Below, in pieces: positions 36,886-48,400 of a DNA stretch of 64,000 nt; the stretch's first letter is position 1; every line of letters starts with the position of its first letter. Below the pieces are notes generated by a model. That model searched no databases, had not been told where the DNA came from, and saw nothing but the letters and a program-made list of their open reading frames with translations. The translations under genes and the position numbers were made by a program. Source of the DNA: a virus; IMG/VR virus record IMGVR_UViG_3300034159_000041, positions 2,614 to 66,613 of that record. One strand, written 5' to 3'.

Positions 36886-37677
36886 ATGAATGATATGTCA
36901 TCAGTCATCGTGCCGCGCTCAGACCAGACCAATAGTGATGATCTGTTGTCAGGACCGCGAACGATCACGATTACCGGCGTCGATATCCGCCCCGGCACTG
37001 AACAGCCCGTGTCGGTGCATTACCAAGGCGACAACGACCGCCCGTGGAAACCCTGCAAGTCGCAATGTCGCGTGATGGTCGCCCTCTGGGGTCCGGACGC
37101 CAACGTCTACACCGGGCGGCAATTGACCCTCTACTGCGACCCGAAAGTGAAATGGGGCGGGGTCGAAGTCGGCGGCATCCGCATCAGCCACGCCTCGCAC
37201 ATGGAGGCCGACCGGACCCTGAGCTTGACCGTGACCAAGGGTCAGCGCAAGCCGTTCGTGGTGCGCCGGATGGAAACGGTCTCGCTGGGCTCCGTGCTGA
37301 CGTTGATTGCGGGCGCGACGACGCTCGATGCACTGACGGCAGCGGCATCGCAGGCGGCGGCACTCGCGCCCGACGACAAGGCCAAAGCGCGGGCCGCGTA
37401 TGCCAAGCGTAAGGCGGCCCTGGAATCGCCGCCCGCGACCACGGAGCCGACCCCGGAGCCTGACCACGAGCAGCAGCCCCAACAAACAGAAGGGTTTGAC
37501 GCGGAAACCTCGCGCCTGATCGACCTACGCGACGCCCTGGGCTGGGATTCCGCGACGCTCAGCGAGTACCTCACCGATCACCACGGCAGCGCCGACGCGC
37601 ACCGCGACCCGGCCAAACTGCCGGCGATCGTGGCGGAGCTTGACCGGCTCTATGAGCAGACGGCAACGAAGAATTAG
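36886..37677 (+). CDS. Putative ssDNA-binding/annealing partner of the exonuclease
   Basis: PRSDQ.NSDDL, KPCKS, WG.D, VGGIRIS; adjacent to YqaJ. Confidence 0.65.
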   Translation: MNDMSSVIVPRSDQTNSDDLLSGPRTITITGVDIRPGTEQPVSVHYQGDNDRPWKPCKSQCRVMVALWGPDANVYTGRQLTLYCDPKVKWGGVEVGGIRISHASHMEADRTLSLTVTKGQRKPFVVRRMETVSLGSVLTLIAGATTLDALTAAASQAAALAPDDKAKARAAYAKRKAALESPPATTEPTPEPDHEQQPQQTEGFDAETSRLIDLRDALGWDSATLSEYLTDHHGSADAHRDPAKLPAIVAELDRLYEQTATKN

Positions 37678-37722
37678 CCTCAGCATCCCGGCCTAAGCGC
37701 CGGGTTTTCATAGGAAAAGATT

Positions 37723-37974
37723 ATGACTCTGCATATCGAATCAGGACATCCAACGCAAGGCGATGTCGCGCAAATTGGCGGCAATCTCGTCAGGTTCGTT
37801 ACGGAAGATGGGCGCTGCATGTTTGAGGTCACCATCGGCAGCGACGGGACATCAATCGACGTTCGTGGCGCCGGAAGAACCAAGGTTGACGGCGAGCTCT
37901 ATTCCGAGGCGATCCAGGTCAGGCCAATCGCCAGTAATGCGATCACGGTCCATGTGTGTCGCCATACCGACTAA
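37723..37974 (+). CDS. Hypothetical protein
   Basis: AGGA RBS. Confidence 0.55.
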   Translation: MTLHIESGHPTQGDVAQIGGNLVRFVTEDGRCMFEVTIGSDGTSIDVRGAGRTKVDGELYSEAIQVRPIASNAITVHVCRHTD

Positions 37975-37996
37975 ACGCCGTATTTCTATAGGAAAA

Positions 37997-38260
37997 ATGA
38001 TGACAGCAAACGCCAATCGCGTGTCAAAATCCCGGTGCCCAACCTGCAATGAGGTCCTCGACGCCGCCACCCGCAGTGATGGCGGCGACGCGATGCCGAG
38101 CGCCGGTGATTATTCGGTCTGCTTCTATTGCGGCAGTTTCCTGACATTCTTGCCGGACATGCAACTGCGCCTGCTTTCTGTTGAGGAAGTCGCCGCACTG
38201 GATGATGAAACCCGCATCGCCATGGTGCGGGCGCGTGAAGTGACCACGAGGACAAGATGA
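37997..38260 (+). CDS. Zn-ribbon protein
   Basis: CPTC, CFYC. Confidence 0.65.
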   Translation: MMTANANRVSKSRCPTCNEVLDAATRSDGGDAMPSAGDYSVCFYCGSFLTFLPDMQLRLLSVEEVAALDDETRIAMVRAREVTTRTR

Positions 38261-38571
38261 AAACCCTGATCAACCTGCGCCTCACCCCGCGCGGTGAGGA
38301 CGACCACCCACGCAACACCACGCCCGTTGAAGCCGACCCGATCGGCCACGGGCTGGCCCTGCACCCGTCGATCAACGTCGATGGGGCTTGGCAGGTGTCG
38401 GACATGACGACGGGGATGAGCGTCGGGCTGCCGGAGATGACGCGAAAAGACGCGCGCCTGTCGGCCCGGATGCGCCTGGTGCGCGCCTGTCGCGACGGGC
38501 TGGGGGCTACCGTTGATGAGGTGCTGGAGCGGGCGCGGGCGAAACAGGCAGAGCGCGGAGTCGCGCAATGA
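38257..38571 (+). CDS. Hypothetical protein
   Basis: ATGA coupling. Confidence 0.6.
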   Translation: MKTLINLRLTPRGEDDHPRNTTPVEADPIGHGLALHPSINVDGAWQVSDMTTGMSVGLPEMTRKDARLSARMRLVRACRDGLGATVDEVLERARAKQAERGVAQ

Positions 38572-38909
38572 ACAGTATTGTCGATGAAAAAACAGTTTAC
38601 GTCGCCTACTCCAATACAGACTGCACAGAGGGCCGCGGGAGCGATATCCCAGTTGCCGTATGTGAGTTGGAGGAGACCGCGAAACGGCTGGCTCACAAGC
38701 GGTACATTCAAGGCTCAGACGGCCCGGTGCGACCCGCAGTGTTGCGTAGAATCGGTGCTGAGTGGTACGCCCCAGAGGCGTGCTACCGGGTCATCAGTCC
38801 AACCAAGGAAGACCGCGCCGTGCAGAAAATGATTGACGCCAAACGCGCGGCTTTGGATAAAGCAAAAGCGGCGGGACTCAGTGACGAAGATATTGCGGCG
38901 TTGCTATGA
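38568..38909 (+). CDS. Hypothetical protein
   Basis: NTD.TEGRG motif; ends GLSDEDIAALL. Confidence 0.65.
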   Translation: MNSIVDEKTVYVAYSNTDCTEGRGSDIPVAVCELEETAKRLAHKRYIQGSDGPVRPAVLRRIGAEWYAPEACYRVISPTKEDRAVQKMIDAKRAALDKAKAAGLSDEDIAALL

Positions 38910-39112
38910 GCGGCCAACAGTGGACCGGCAACACCACCGACCGCTCGGGCGTGGCGATCTTCAGCGAGGGCGACGTGACCGTTGAGGTCCCGCTGTTGGA
39001 TGTGAGGTTTTTCAATGACCTGACCCGGCTGATAACTGAGGCACGCCGGATCAGCGCCACGGCGGAGCGCGAGCGGGTCTATTCAGCAATCGAGCGGGCG
39101 CTAAAACCATGA
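38906..39112 (+). CDS. Hypothetical protein
   Basis: ATGA coupling. Confidence 0.55.
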   Translation: MSGQQWTGNTTDRSGVAIFSEGDVTVEVPLLDVRFFNDLTRLITEARRISATAERERVYSAIERALKP

Positions 39113-39447
39113 CGAAAGATGAAATCAAAGCCATCGCGCTGGCCCACGGGTTCACGCTGCGCACTCAGCCGGATGGGACGCAGGACCTCAATCCCTACGT
39201 CTATGCGTTTGCCGAGGCGCTGCTGATGAGCAAATGGCAACCCATCGCGACGGCACCGAAAGACCAGCCAACGGCAATCATCGTCGCCGAGAAGAACGGC
39301 GGCGGAATGGCCTGGGCGTCAAGTGCGTACTGGATCGAGCGCGGCTACTGGTCAGACGGCGTTGAGCGGCTGCGCGACCCCACCCACTGGATGCCGATGC
39401 CAACACCCCCGACGCACGGGCTGGCGGTGAGCGCGGGGCTTGAGTGA
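39109..39447 (+). CDS. DUF551-family protein
   Basis: WQPIATAPKD, PTHWMPMP. Confidence 0.75.
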   Translation: MTKDEIKAIALAHGFTLRTQPDGTQDLNPYVYAFAEALLMSKWQPIATAPKDQPTAIIVAEKNGGGMAWASSAYWIERGYWSDGVERLRDPTHWMPMPTPPTHGLAVSAGLE

Positions 39448-39641
39448 TGTGGACCCAACAAGGTTTCGCCGTGATCAGCGAAGTCCGCGCCGAGGGCGCC
39501 GATGGGTGGATGCCGTTCGTCCATGCCTTCGTGCCGTCGCTGCTGCTGGCGGACGATGCTGAGACGGACGTGCGCGCGCTTCCGGAGAGCCACCGGGTCG
39601 GGCTGCGCGTGGTGCCGGCGACGCTGAGCGTTGAGTGCTGA
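39444..39641 (+). CDS. Hypothetical protein
   Basis: Coupled ORF. Confidence 0.45.
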   Translation: MMWTQQGFAVISEVRAEGADGWMPFVHAFVPSLLLADDAETDVRALPESHRVGLRVVPATLSVEC

Positions 39642-39705
39642 GCGCGGTGAACACGCAACCGCCACACCGCGATCCGTGAATCATGGCCGTTGAAAGGAGT
39701 ATCCA

Positions 39706-39924
39706 ATGGATATTACGAAGAGCCCAGACTCCGACCCGCTGAGCGGTGCGCCGCAGCAGCCGGACGCGACCCGAGAACTGCGCGTGATCCTGCGCCTGCC
39801 TGGCCTCACGGTCAGACAGATCAGGGACGCCGCGCTGGCGCTGCCGGTGCGCCGGTCGCAGCATCAATGGATCATGGATGCGATTGCTGAGAAGTTGTCA
39901 CGTGACACGGGGGCGTCGCTGTGA
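39706..39924 (+). CDS. Ribbon-helix-helix-like protein
   Basis: AAGGAG RBS; ILRLP...WIMDAIAEKL. Confidence 0.6.
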   Translation: MDITKSPDSDPLSGAPQQPDATRELRVILRLPGLTVRQIRDAALALPVRRSQHQWIMDAIAEKLSRDTGASL

Positions 39925-40550
39925 TGACCAGCGACCGTGAGGCGTGCCGCGCTCTTAATCCAATGGTGAGTGTTCTTTTTGCCAGCGCAGACAGTGTTTA
40001 TAAGACGCTTCCAGGCGTTGACGTTTGGGACGCTGAGCGCGACGCTTTGACCTGGCCTGGTGGGACGCCAGTGGTCGCGCATCCCCCGTGCCGAGCCTGG
40101 GCCAGCCTGCGCTTTCACGCGCGCCCGCGGCCCGGAGAACGCGAGTACGCCCCGTGGGCCGTGGGCCGCGTGCGTGAGTTCGGTGGGGTGCTGGAGCACC
40201 CGCACAAGTCCAGGCTCTGGCCAGAGCATGATTTACCGACCGGGATCAAGGCCGACGCGTGGGGCGGATGGACGTTGACCGTTGATCAGCATTGGTTCGG
40301 CCACCGCGCACGAAAGCGCACGCGCCTCTACATTTGCGGATGCGCCCCGCACGCGGTACCAGCGATGCCGTTACGCATCGGTGAACCAACCCACACCGTC
40401 GGGCTCTGGAGCGGACGTGACAAAACGCGGTGCCGTCCATCGATCGGCAAGCGCGAGTTTGAGGCGACGCCACCCGCGTTCGCCCGCTGGCTGGTTGAAC
40501 TGGCGCGACGCTGCGCCGGAGTGGGGGCGCCGCAGAAAGTTGCGAACTGA
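39921..40550 (+). CDS. Phage DNA cytosine methyltransferase-like protein
   Basis: VAHPPC catalytic-type motif, VLEHP, Q.WFGH..RK.T.L. Confidence 0.7.
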   Translation: MMTSDREACRALNPMVSVLFASADSVYKTLPGVDVWDAERDALTWPGGTPVVAHPPCRAWASLRFHARPRPGEREYAPWAVGRVREFGGVLEHPHKSRLWPEHDLPTGIKADAWGGWTLTVDQHWFGHRARKRTRLYICGCAPHAVPAMPLRIGEPTHTVGLWSGRDKTRCRPSIGKREFEATPPAFARWLVELARRCAGVGAPQKVAN

Positions 40551-40632
40551 CATAAGGCGCATTATCGGCAATCGCTCGCGGACAAGAACGCGCCAGCCGC
40601 TTGCGTGGGAATCCGGACGGAGACGAAAACAG

Positions 40633-40824
40633 ATGAATCGAGAAGAAATCACACAGAGCATCGATAAGCCAGCCGGCATGAGCGCAGAGGATGAACTTGC
40701 ATGGGCGCTGGCTGGCCTGCTTCGGTGGCCGCTGCCAGGCGGGCGTGACATCGCCGCGCTGTTGCCTGGATGGCTGATCGATCATGCCCGCGATGCGCTC
40801 ACGCGTTACCGTGACTGCGCCTAG
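40633..40824 (+). CDS. Hypothetical protein
   Basis: GGAG upstream; 63 aa. Confidence 0.45.
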   Translation: MNREEITQSIDKPAGMSAEDELAWALAGLLRWPLPGGRDIAALLPGWLIDHARDALTRYRDCA

Positions 40825-40879
40825 CGAACAGGGCCAAAGCGGGCGCCTCGTCCTGAAGAAAAACACCCGGAGAACACCG

Positions 40880-41068
40880 ATGTGGATCGTTGAACTCTAC
40901 GACGGCAACCAGTGGCTCGCGCCCTGGCAAGGCGACCCCGGCCGGACCTGTGTGCGCGACAATGCCAAGCGCTACCCCACGGAACATGCCGCGATCTGCG
41001 CCTTGGCCCGTGCCAAGCGGGTGTTTCCGCGGCGCGACTATACTCAGGCGCGGGTCGTGCCGGAATGA
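40880..41068 (+). CDS. Hypothetical protein
   Basis: GGAG RBS; WLAPWQGDPGRT. Confidence 0.6.
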   Translation: MWIVELYDGNQWLAPWQGDPGRTCVRDNAKRYPTEHAAICALARAKRVFPRRDYTQARVVPE

Positions 41069-41316
41069 CCGACACCCATCCAGTGCAGACTCCTGGCCGT
41101 CGCGGGGAGAGGGCGCGCGCTCCAACAGCGGTCACGCTGGCCGCCTATGAGGTCTACTGCGCCCTCTACGGCCCGCAGGAAGCCATGATTACCGGAGACT
41201 GCCGCGGCGGGTTCTCGACCGCAGAATTGATCGCGTTCCTGTATGCGCGCGCGTTTCCTCGCGAGCAGTGGCGCGCGAAAGTTGACGAGGCATTTGCTGG
41301 GATGGAACGACTTTGA
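41065..41316 (+). CDS. Hypothetical protein
   Basis: AYEVY...G.Q...RGGF...ELI motif. Confidence 0.65.
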   Translation: MTDTHPVQTPGRRGERARAPTAVTLAAYEVYCALYGPQEAMITGDCRGGFSTAELIAFLYARAFPREQWRAKVDEAFAGMERL

Positions 41317-41699
41317 CAGAAGAATTTTTAACCCTCGTCCTCGATCAACTGCGCGCCATCCGCGCGGACCTGGCGGAGATCACGCCCCGGCTGGAGCGCA
41401 TCGACGGGCAACTCGCCGCGATCGCGCAGACCCTCGCGCTGGATAAATCGGGGGCACGACGCGCGCCGATGACATGGGATGAATTGCCAGCGATAACGCG
41501 AAGTGTGCTAATGAAAAATGGAATTAGCACGCTTGCCGAACTCGCCGAACGATCGCCAGTGGATTTGCTCAAGCTGCCGTATTTTGGCAAAAAGAGCTTA
41601 AAGGCTGTAGAGAAAATGTTACACGAACACGGGCTTACGCTGTTGACAAAGCGCAACACCTATCCAGGTTTGGTGGAAAAAAATGCAACTGACAACTGA
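41313..41699 (+). CDS. Coiled coil plus RNA polymerase alpha-CTD-like domain
   Basis: L...GI.TL.EL......LLKLP.FGKKSL..V...L matches the alpha-CTD pattern. Confidence 0.75.
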   Translation: MTEEFLTLVLDQLRAIRADLAEITPRLERIDGQLAAIAQTLALDKSGARRAPMTWDELPAITRSVLMKNGISTLAELAERSPVDLLKLPYFGKKSLKAVEKMLHEHGLTLLTKRNTYPGLVEKNATDN

Positions 41700-41922
41700 A
41701 GACATGAAGATGCTCGCCGCACTGGAGCGGCGCATGGATTGCGGAGAGCAACCATACGTCGTCACCGACGGCGGGCGCATGGCGTTTCCTGCGTCGCTCC
41801 TCGATGAGTGCGGGATCGTGTCCGGGCAAACGGTGTCGCACCAAATGACCATCACCCTGATGGAGATGAACCTTGCGAACCTGCAAGCGCAAATTGCCAT
41901 CGAGAGCGCCAGGAACGCTTGA
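41683..41922 (+). CDS. Hypothetical protein
   Basis: 79-aa ORF with GGTGGA RBS. Confidence 0.55.
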   Translation: MQLTTEDMKMLAALERRMDCGEQPYVVTDGGRMAFPASLLDECGIVSGQTVSHQMTITLMEMNLANLQAQIAIESARNA

Positions 41923-42085
41923 TCGCCTAGCGAGGGGTAGCAGGACCTCCGCCGCCCCCGTCGTGCGGCGGTCCCCCGAGCCACCCGGATGCGAAGCGTC
42001 GCAAGCTTGCGAGACCCTCGACCCTGGGCGCCCGGTGACATCATTCATGCGCCGGGGTTGTCCTGGCACACCCAAGGAGACCCTG

Positions 42086-42388
42086 ATGAATTTCGCTGTC
42101 ATTTCCCGCCACGCCCCAACCGCTGGCCAGCACGCTCTGGCCGAAGCCCAAGGCCATACCCTGACCCACGTCGGGGACGCCGATGCGTTCAGCGTGAACG
42201 CCGGCTTCGTCCACGACAAAGGCCCGTTTGAGGGCGTGGTGGTGGTCCACCCGGCCGCCGCGCTGCGCCTGGCCCCGCAGTTCGCGATCGGCGTGTTCGA
42301 GAACGCCAACCGCGCCCCGGTGGGCGCCCCGCCGCAGTTTGAGGCGGTGTCGTTGCAGGTCTTCGATCTGCGCGCCGACCTGGCGTGA
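42086..42388 (+). CDS. Hypothetical protein
   Basis: AAGGAG RBS; ISRH...VVHPAAALR...FENANR. Confidence 0.65.
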   Translation: MNFAVISRHAPTAGQHALAEAQGHTLTHVGDADAFSVNAGFVHDKGPFEGVVVVHPAAALRLAPQFAIGVFENANRAPVGAPPQFEAVSLQVFDLRADLA

Positions 42389-42425
42389 GCGACTGGCCAG
42401 GGACGGCTGCTTGGTCGCGCCTAAC

Positions 42426-45400
42426 CTAACCCCCGAACGCCGCGGCGGCCTCCTGGCGCAGTTCCGGAGACAGCGCCTTCAGGAACCGCTCGCTGTTGGT
42501 TAACTTCAACGCGCGGATGCGCGCCCGCAACTGCGCCGGTTTCCACTCAATCGGCGTGTCCGGGTTGGTGCGGTTCCAGTCGGCGATGTCGCGCTGTGCC
42601 TTGGCGACCCCGGCCTGATCCCGCTTAACCGCGGCCTGCGCCATGTTGCCCATGTAGGTCTGCTCCATCTTCTTGCGCAGGCTGTCGCGCTCCAAGATGC
42701 TGTATTTCTGCTCATTGAACTGCGCGACGCGGGTCGGGTTGAACCCCAAGAACTTGAACGCCGCCTCGGTGCGCGACACCGGGATCAGCGGGGTGCCGAA
42801 GCGATCCACCGCATCCCCGCTCACCATGGCCGTGGTGCCGTCAACAAAGCCCTTGAGCGCCCGCGGCAAGAGGGCATAGCCGGCCCGGTCCCACTGCCCG
42901 CGCGCCGCCTGCTCGACGGCGGTCCCCACATCCTTGACCACGCCCGCAGTTGGCCCCCACAACTCCGAGACCTCGCGCGTGCTGCCCAGGCTGGAGGGCT
43001 TGAGGATCCCGGTCGCGGGGATCAGGTTGCCCATGCCGACGCGACTGGCGATGTCAAACGGCAGTCCGGCCCGGCTGATCCCGTTCACCACCACCGGGCC
43101 GATGGCCTCGCCCAGCAGTTTCTCGGCCCAGGTGTTGAGTTCCTGGCGGGTCTGCCAGTTCTTCCCCCACCACTGCATGATGGTGTCAATCAGGTCCTCG
43201 GCGTCTTCTTCCCCAGGCAGGCCCCCGAGACCGGCCCCGACCACCAGGGCGGCAAGCATCAGCGCCCGCTGCTTGGTCGGGACGCGCGAGAGCAATTCCA
43301 TGTACTGCACGGAGAACATGCGAAACGTGAAAAGAGGAGCGCCGATCCCGCGCGCCCACGGCGGCCGGTTTTCCTTGCGCATCACAAACTGCGTGCTGTT
43401 GACGCCATCCTCGGCGTACTTGAATGCGGCCTCACCTTTCAGCCCGTTGCCTTCTGCCTGGCGGTAGGCCGCGACGAACGTCACCTGTCGGTTCACTTGC
43501 TCGGCCAAACTGAAGAACGACCCCCACACCGTCATGGCAAACTGCGCGTTCGGGCTCGACATGATCCGGCCGCCCCCCAGGGTGCCGCCGCGGGCGGTGG
43601 CCATCAGGTTGTAGACCCCCTGCGGTGCGATCAGCCCCTCAAGTTCAGCGCGGGCGTAGGCGTCCCCGAGCGCGGTCCCGGTGGCCGGTGGACCCTTGAA
43701 CACCTGCGCATAGGCGTCCTTGAGTAGCTGCGTCACGTTGCCCGGCTGCTGGGTCATCCAGGGGGCGGTGACCATCGGGACTTGCGAAAGGTTGGTCACG
43801 GCCGATGCCACGGACGCGCCGAGATACCACGCAAACAGGAACTGGCGCAAGCCGGCGAACTCTTCGTTCGGGTCGGCGAGGTAATCCCGTAAGTTGATCG
43901 CGTAGGTCCGCAAGTCGCCGTTTTCCTGCTTGATCGCGTCGATGGCGTACCCCACGTCGCCCGCGTTCAAGTTGTTGCTGGAGAGCCGGGCGTTGCTGAC
44001 GATGTAGGAGGCCAGCACGCGCTGCGCCTCGGTCGAGTACCCGGCGATGCCTTCGCGGTGCAGCAGACTTTTCAGCGCGCTGGACTCGGCCGCCGCCAAC
44101 CGGATGTACTCTTGCATCAGGTCGGCGAGGTTCTTGCCGTCGTCGGTGCTGGTGTCCATGTGGTCGGCGAACAAGCTCAGGGTGTCCATGTTCAAGCCGC
44201 GGAAGAGTTTGTAGCCTTCCTCGGACGTGATCCCATGCACCACCTCCTGCCCGGCCCCCTTGGCCTCACTCATGGCCTTGTAGGCGGCCATCTGTTCGGC
44301 CTCGCTCGCGTACTTGGCGAAGTAGATCACCGCGCGCTCGTTGGTGTCGGGGTCGGTCTGCCAGACGGTCACCGCCCACTTGCCGAAGCGCTTCAGCGGG
44401 AAGTAGCCCTCGGCCTTGAGCTTTTCTACCTTCTCGGCAATGCCATCGATAGACGCCTGAGTGGAGTCGATCTTGTTGCGCAGCGTCGTGGCCTGCTCGA
44501 ACCCAAGTTCCGCCGCCTCCAGGTTCTTACGCGATTGGTGCAGGCCAGACTGCGCGTCGTCCTGCGCCTCCTGCGCCCGCTGGAGCGCCGCGTAGGCGGA
44601 TGGGTAGTCAGCCTTGCCGGCCGCATCCAGCGCCTGCTGTGCGGCGCGGGTCGCCTTCTTGGCGGCATCCAGCGCCTGTTCGTCGGCGTCGCGCTCCGCG
44701 GTCATCGTCTTGACCATGTTCTGCGCGGTCACGACCGCCTCGGCCACGTCTTCCCGGATCGCGGAGAGCACTTGCTCGGCATTGCCGGCCGCCGCGGTGA
44801 CGTGCTCATCCATGATCTGCCGCGCCAGCCGCCCGGAGAGGGCGTGGCGCTCACGCTTGGGTAGGTCCGCGTGCAGCACCTCCAGCAGCGAGCGCATGGC
44901 CCCGACCTGGAAGGTCTGCGCCGACGTATCGAGCGACTGGTGCGTGGCCTTGAGCGCCTGGTTATAGCTTTCGATCTGCCGGTCGGAGCGACCGCGCGCC
45001 TTGAGTTCTGCGACGCTCCAGCGGTGCTTGTTGAGGGTGCCTTCGTTCAGGTCGGTCTGCACCCCGTGCAACTCGCGCGGGCTCATGGCGGAGCGCACCT
45101 GTTTTGCCGACGCCCACGCCGCGCCCATGCCCTTCTCCATCTGGGTGAACCAGTGCGGGGCCAGCGATTCGGCCTGCATGGCAAAGGTGGAGTTGTCATC
45201 AGACTGCCGGGTCAGCCCGTCGTAGACCGGCTTGAACTGCGGTTCGCGAATAGAGAGGTTGCGCGGTGTGCCCACGGACTTATCCCACGCGCGGACCTTG
45301 GCGGAGGTCTGGCGGCCGGGGATGCCCGCGCCGTAGGGCATGAACCGATCGAGCACGTCGGCGATGCGCGACGCCAGGGTGCGGGTTGCCCCCGGAGCCA

Positions 45401-48400
45401 CCCCCGCCCCGCCGATGGCGAAGCGGATGTCGGGGTCGGCGGATTCGTCCAACCGTCCGGAATCTCCGGATGGTTCGGCCTGCCCGCGGCCGGTGGCGAG
45501 GCGGGCGTTGGCGTCGCGCGTGCCCGTCCCCATCCCAAAGCGCCCCCGCAACTGCGCCCGTACCCGGTCATCCCCGGTGCGGTTGTATTGAGCCACCCCG
45601 GCGACGATCTCGCGCAGGTCGGCATTGTTGAGGTGGATCACGAGCCCGAGCTTGCGCAAGAAAGCGCGGATCGCGTTGTAGACCCGCAGCAGGAATGGCT
45701 GGTCCTTGCCGTGGTTGACCTCGGCCAGATGGGCCAGGAACTCGTCAGCGGCCTCGCGGCGCTGGGCGAGGCTTTCCATGGACAAACCGCGCGCATCCGC
45801 GTAAAGCTGGACATCAGCGTTGCGGTCCTTGATCAACTCATCTAAGAATGGGTTCAGGGTTGGCCCGAAAACAGACCGCGCGCCGGAATGCCACCCCTCA
45901 TGCGCAAGGACCGTGACCATCGCGTCGCGCACGTCCGCCACATTGTCAGCGACCACCCAAAGCACGCCCTTGGTCGGGTTGCCCTCTGCGTCTTTCGGCC
46001 CAGCCAGGAACACGGCTTTCCCGCGGGCGGTCGGATCAACACTGCGCGCCCGCGCCAGCCCCTCCAGCGTCGCGGCCGGTAGATCCCCCTCCGTCTGCAC
46101 CACCCGCAGCGTCGCGGCCCCAGACAGCCCGCGGAGCTTGCCAAACAGCGGTTGCAACTTCGCATCAAGGAAAGCCCGCGTGAGCCGGGGGAGCGCGGCC
46201 GATCGCGGGCGGGTTTGGGTTGCGCGGCCGAGCGTGCCGCCGATGGACCAGCGGGGTTCAGGGGCATCACCTCTCTGTGCCGCGTCACTGCGCGCCCGCT
46301 GAGCCTTAGCCGTCGCACCCAGCCCCTCCAGCACCTGTTCACCAATCCCGGTCGGCCGGTTCATCCGTTCCCACAGGCTCAGCGCCTGCCAGTCGTCCGC
46401 CGCCGCCCGCCGCACCGTGGCCCCGTGCGCCTTCAACTGCGCCAGGTCCTCGATGTTGATCCACCGCGGGGCCTGGGGCGGTTTGTTTTCCCACTCCACC
46501 ACCCACACCCCGGCCGGTAGCGCATCGGCCGCCGCCACGTTCGCTCCAGACGGCGCCACAAACGGATGCTCGGTGTACTTGCGCTCGCCGTTGGCGTCGC
46601 GTAGATCCAGGTACGACACCCGCCGCGCCCGCTCGCCATCGAGCACATGCACGAAATACCCGTCATCGGCCCATTGGTGCCCCTCGACCACTACCTCCTT
46701 GGTCTGCGGTCCTCGACTCTGTATAGGCTTCGTCGTTACACTTGCCCCCCCGGTGCCGGCGCCGGCCATTCCCCCGTGATCTGGTGTCTCGGGGTTTAGT
46801 TGAAGAACGTAGGCCAGCGTATCGACCGGCGCCCCATGACGCAGCCAGGCCGGCGCCGGCACCGGGTTGCGCGCCATGTCGGCTTCGATCTCATCCAAGC
46901 GGGTTTGCTTGCGCTCCAGGTCCTTGGCGCGGGCGAACGGTTGATCGGCCAGTTCCTCCAGCTTGGGACGGTCGGCTCGCAGGGTCGCGGCCTCGGCGCG
47001 GACTTGCCGCCCCGTGCCCCGTAGCCCGCGCAAGGTGTCGGCGACGGCGCCATAGACCCCGTAATGCACGACCGAATCAGTGAGCGACACCAGTTGCAGA
47101 TAGACGTTTTCTTTGCCGACATGGCGCCCTTCCAACGGGAACCCAAAGACCTCGCCGACCGGATGCCAGCCGCTTTTTACCGGCATCCGCTGATACAGCG
47201 TCTGGAACGCCTCGCCGAACGCATCCCGCGTGGTGAAGTGATCATTCAACAACCGCGCATCAAACGGCTTCGTCGTCGGCTCTTTCGGTCGCTCGCGCCC
47301 CTCGGCCTCGGCCGCTTTCACCGCCGCCTGCACCCGCTTCGCCAGTTCGCGATCGGGCTGCTTGTTGCCCCAGCCATCGGCTCGCACCGCCGCCCGCTCA
47401 GCCGCGGTCAGGTTCAGGTCCAGCCCATCGACATAGACCGCGACCTCTTCGCGGTAGGCATCCTGCTGCCGCTCCCCGGCCGCCGCCTCGGCTTGCTCGA
47501 ACAGGTCGGCATCCGCGTCATAGCGCTTGGCCTGCGCCTCTTTCTCCGGCACCAGGCGCTCATTGCGGGCCAACTTCTCACGCGCCTCCACCACCCCCTG
47601 CGCGTGGGTGCGCTCGCGCCGCTGGAGCTTCTGCACATCCACCGTCAACTTCTGCCGCTGCAACAGCCGCGGATCGCCCACCGCCTCGCTCAGCGTCTCG
47701 GCATAGCCGCCGCCCTCATCGTCGCTGACCGCATCGCCCTCAATGACCCTGGTGTCTGCATCCGCGTGCAGGAACGCCTTGATGAACCGATCCTTCACCG
47801 CGAGCACCTGCCAGCGCTTGCCGTCGATGCGCTCGGTGATGTAGCGATACTCCAGCACCGTGTTCCAGGTGTTGCCCTGACGCCAGCCGCGCCCGTTGCG
47901 CTGTTCCAACTCGCCCGGCATCCATGGGGCGTCCAAGTGGTGCATGGCACGCAGCCGTTGCTGCATGTTCACGCCGGTGCCCAGGGTCTCGGTCTGCCCG
48001 ATCACGATGCGCACCGTCCCGGCGTTGACCGCATCGGCCACCGCCTTTTTCTGCTCGGGCGTCACCCCGCCCGCGACGATTGCGATCTCGTGCGCCGGCA
48101 CGCCCTCGGCCAGCAGCTTGGTACGCAGTTCTTTGGCGAGGTTATGTCCCGGAACCTTCACCTTAGCGACCGTGCGCGTGTCGGAATAGCCCTTGTCCAT
48201 GAACACCACCTGAGCGGCCTGGGGCTCGCCGCGGTAGTGATGCAGGAGGTTACGGACCGCGCGGTTCACCTTGCTCTCGGGATGCTCCGGCAGGCTCAGG
48301 TCCTCCATGCGCGCATCCATCCCCGCCCGCGCCGCCGCGCCCTCAATCATGATCGGCGAGTGCGGATCGCCGGTCTTCATCCAGTCCAGCCGCTGTTTGC

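Noticed and set aside
45212-45625. Other +1-frame ORFs in the giant gene (also 53702-53953)
   Set aside because: No clear RBS and the composition is typical of off-frame GC-rich sequence
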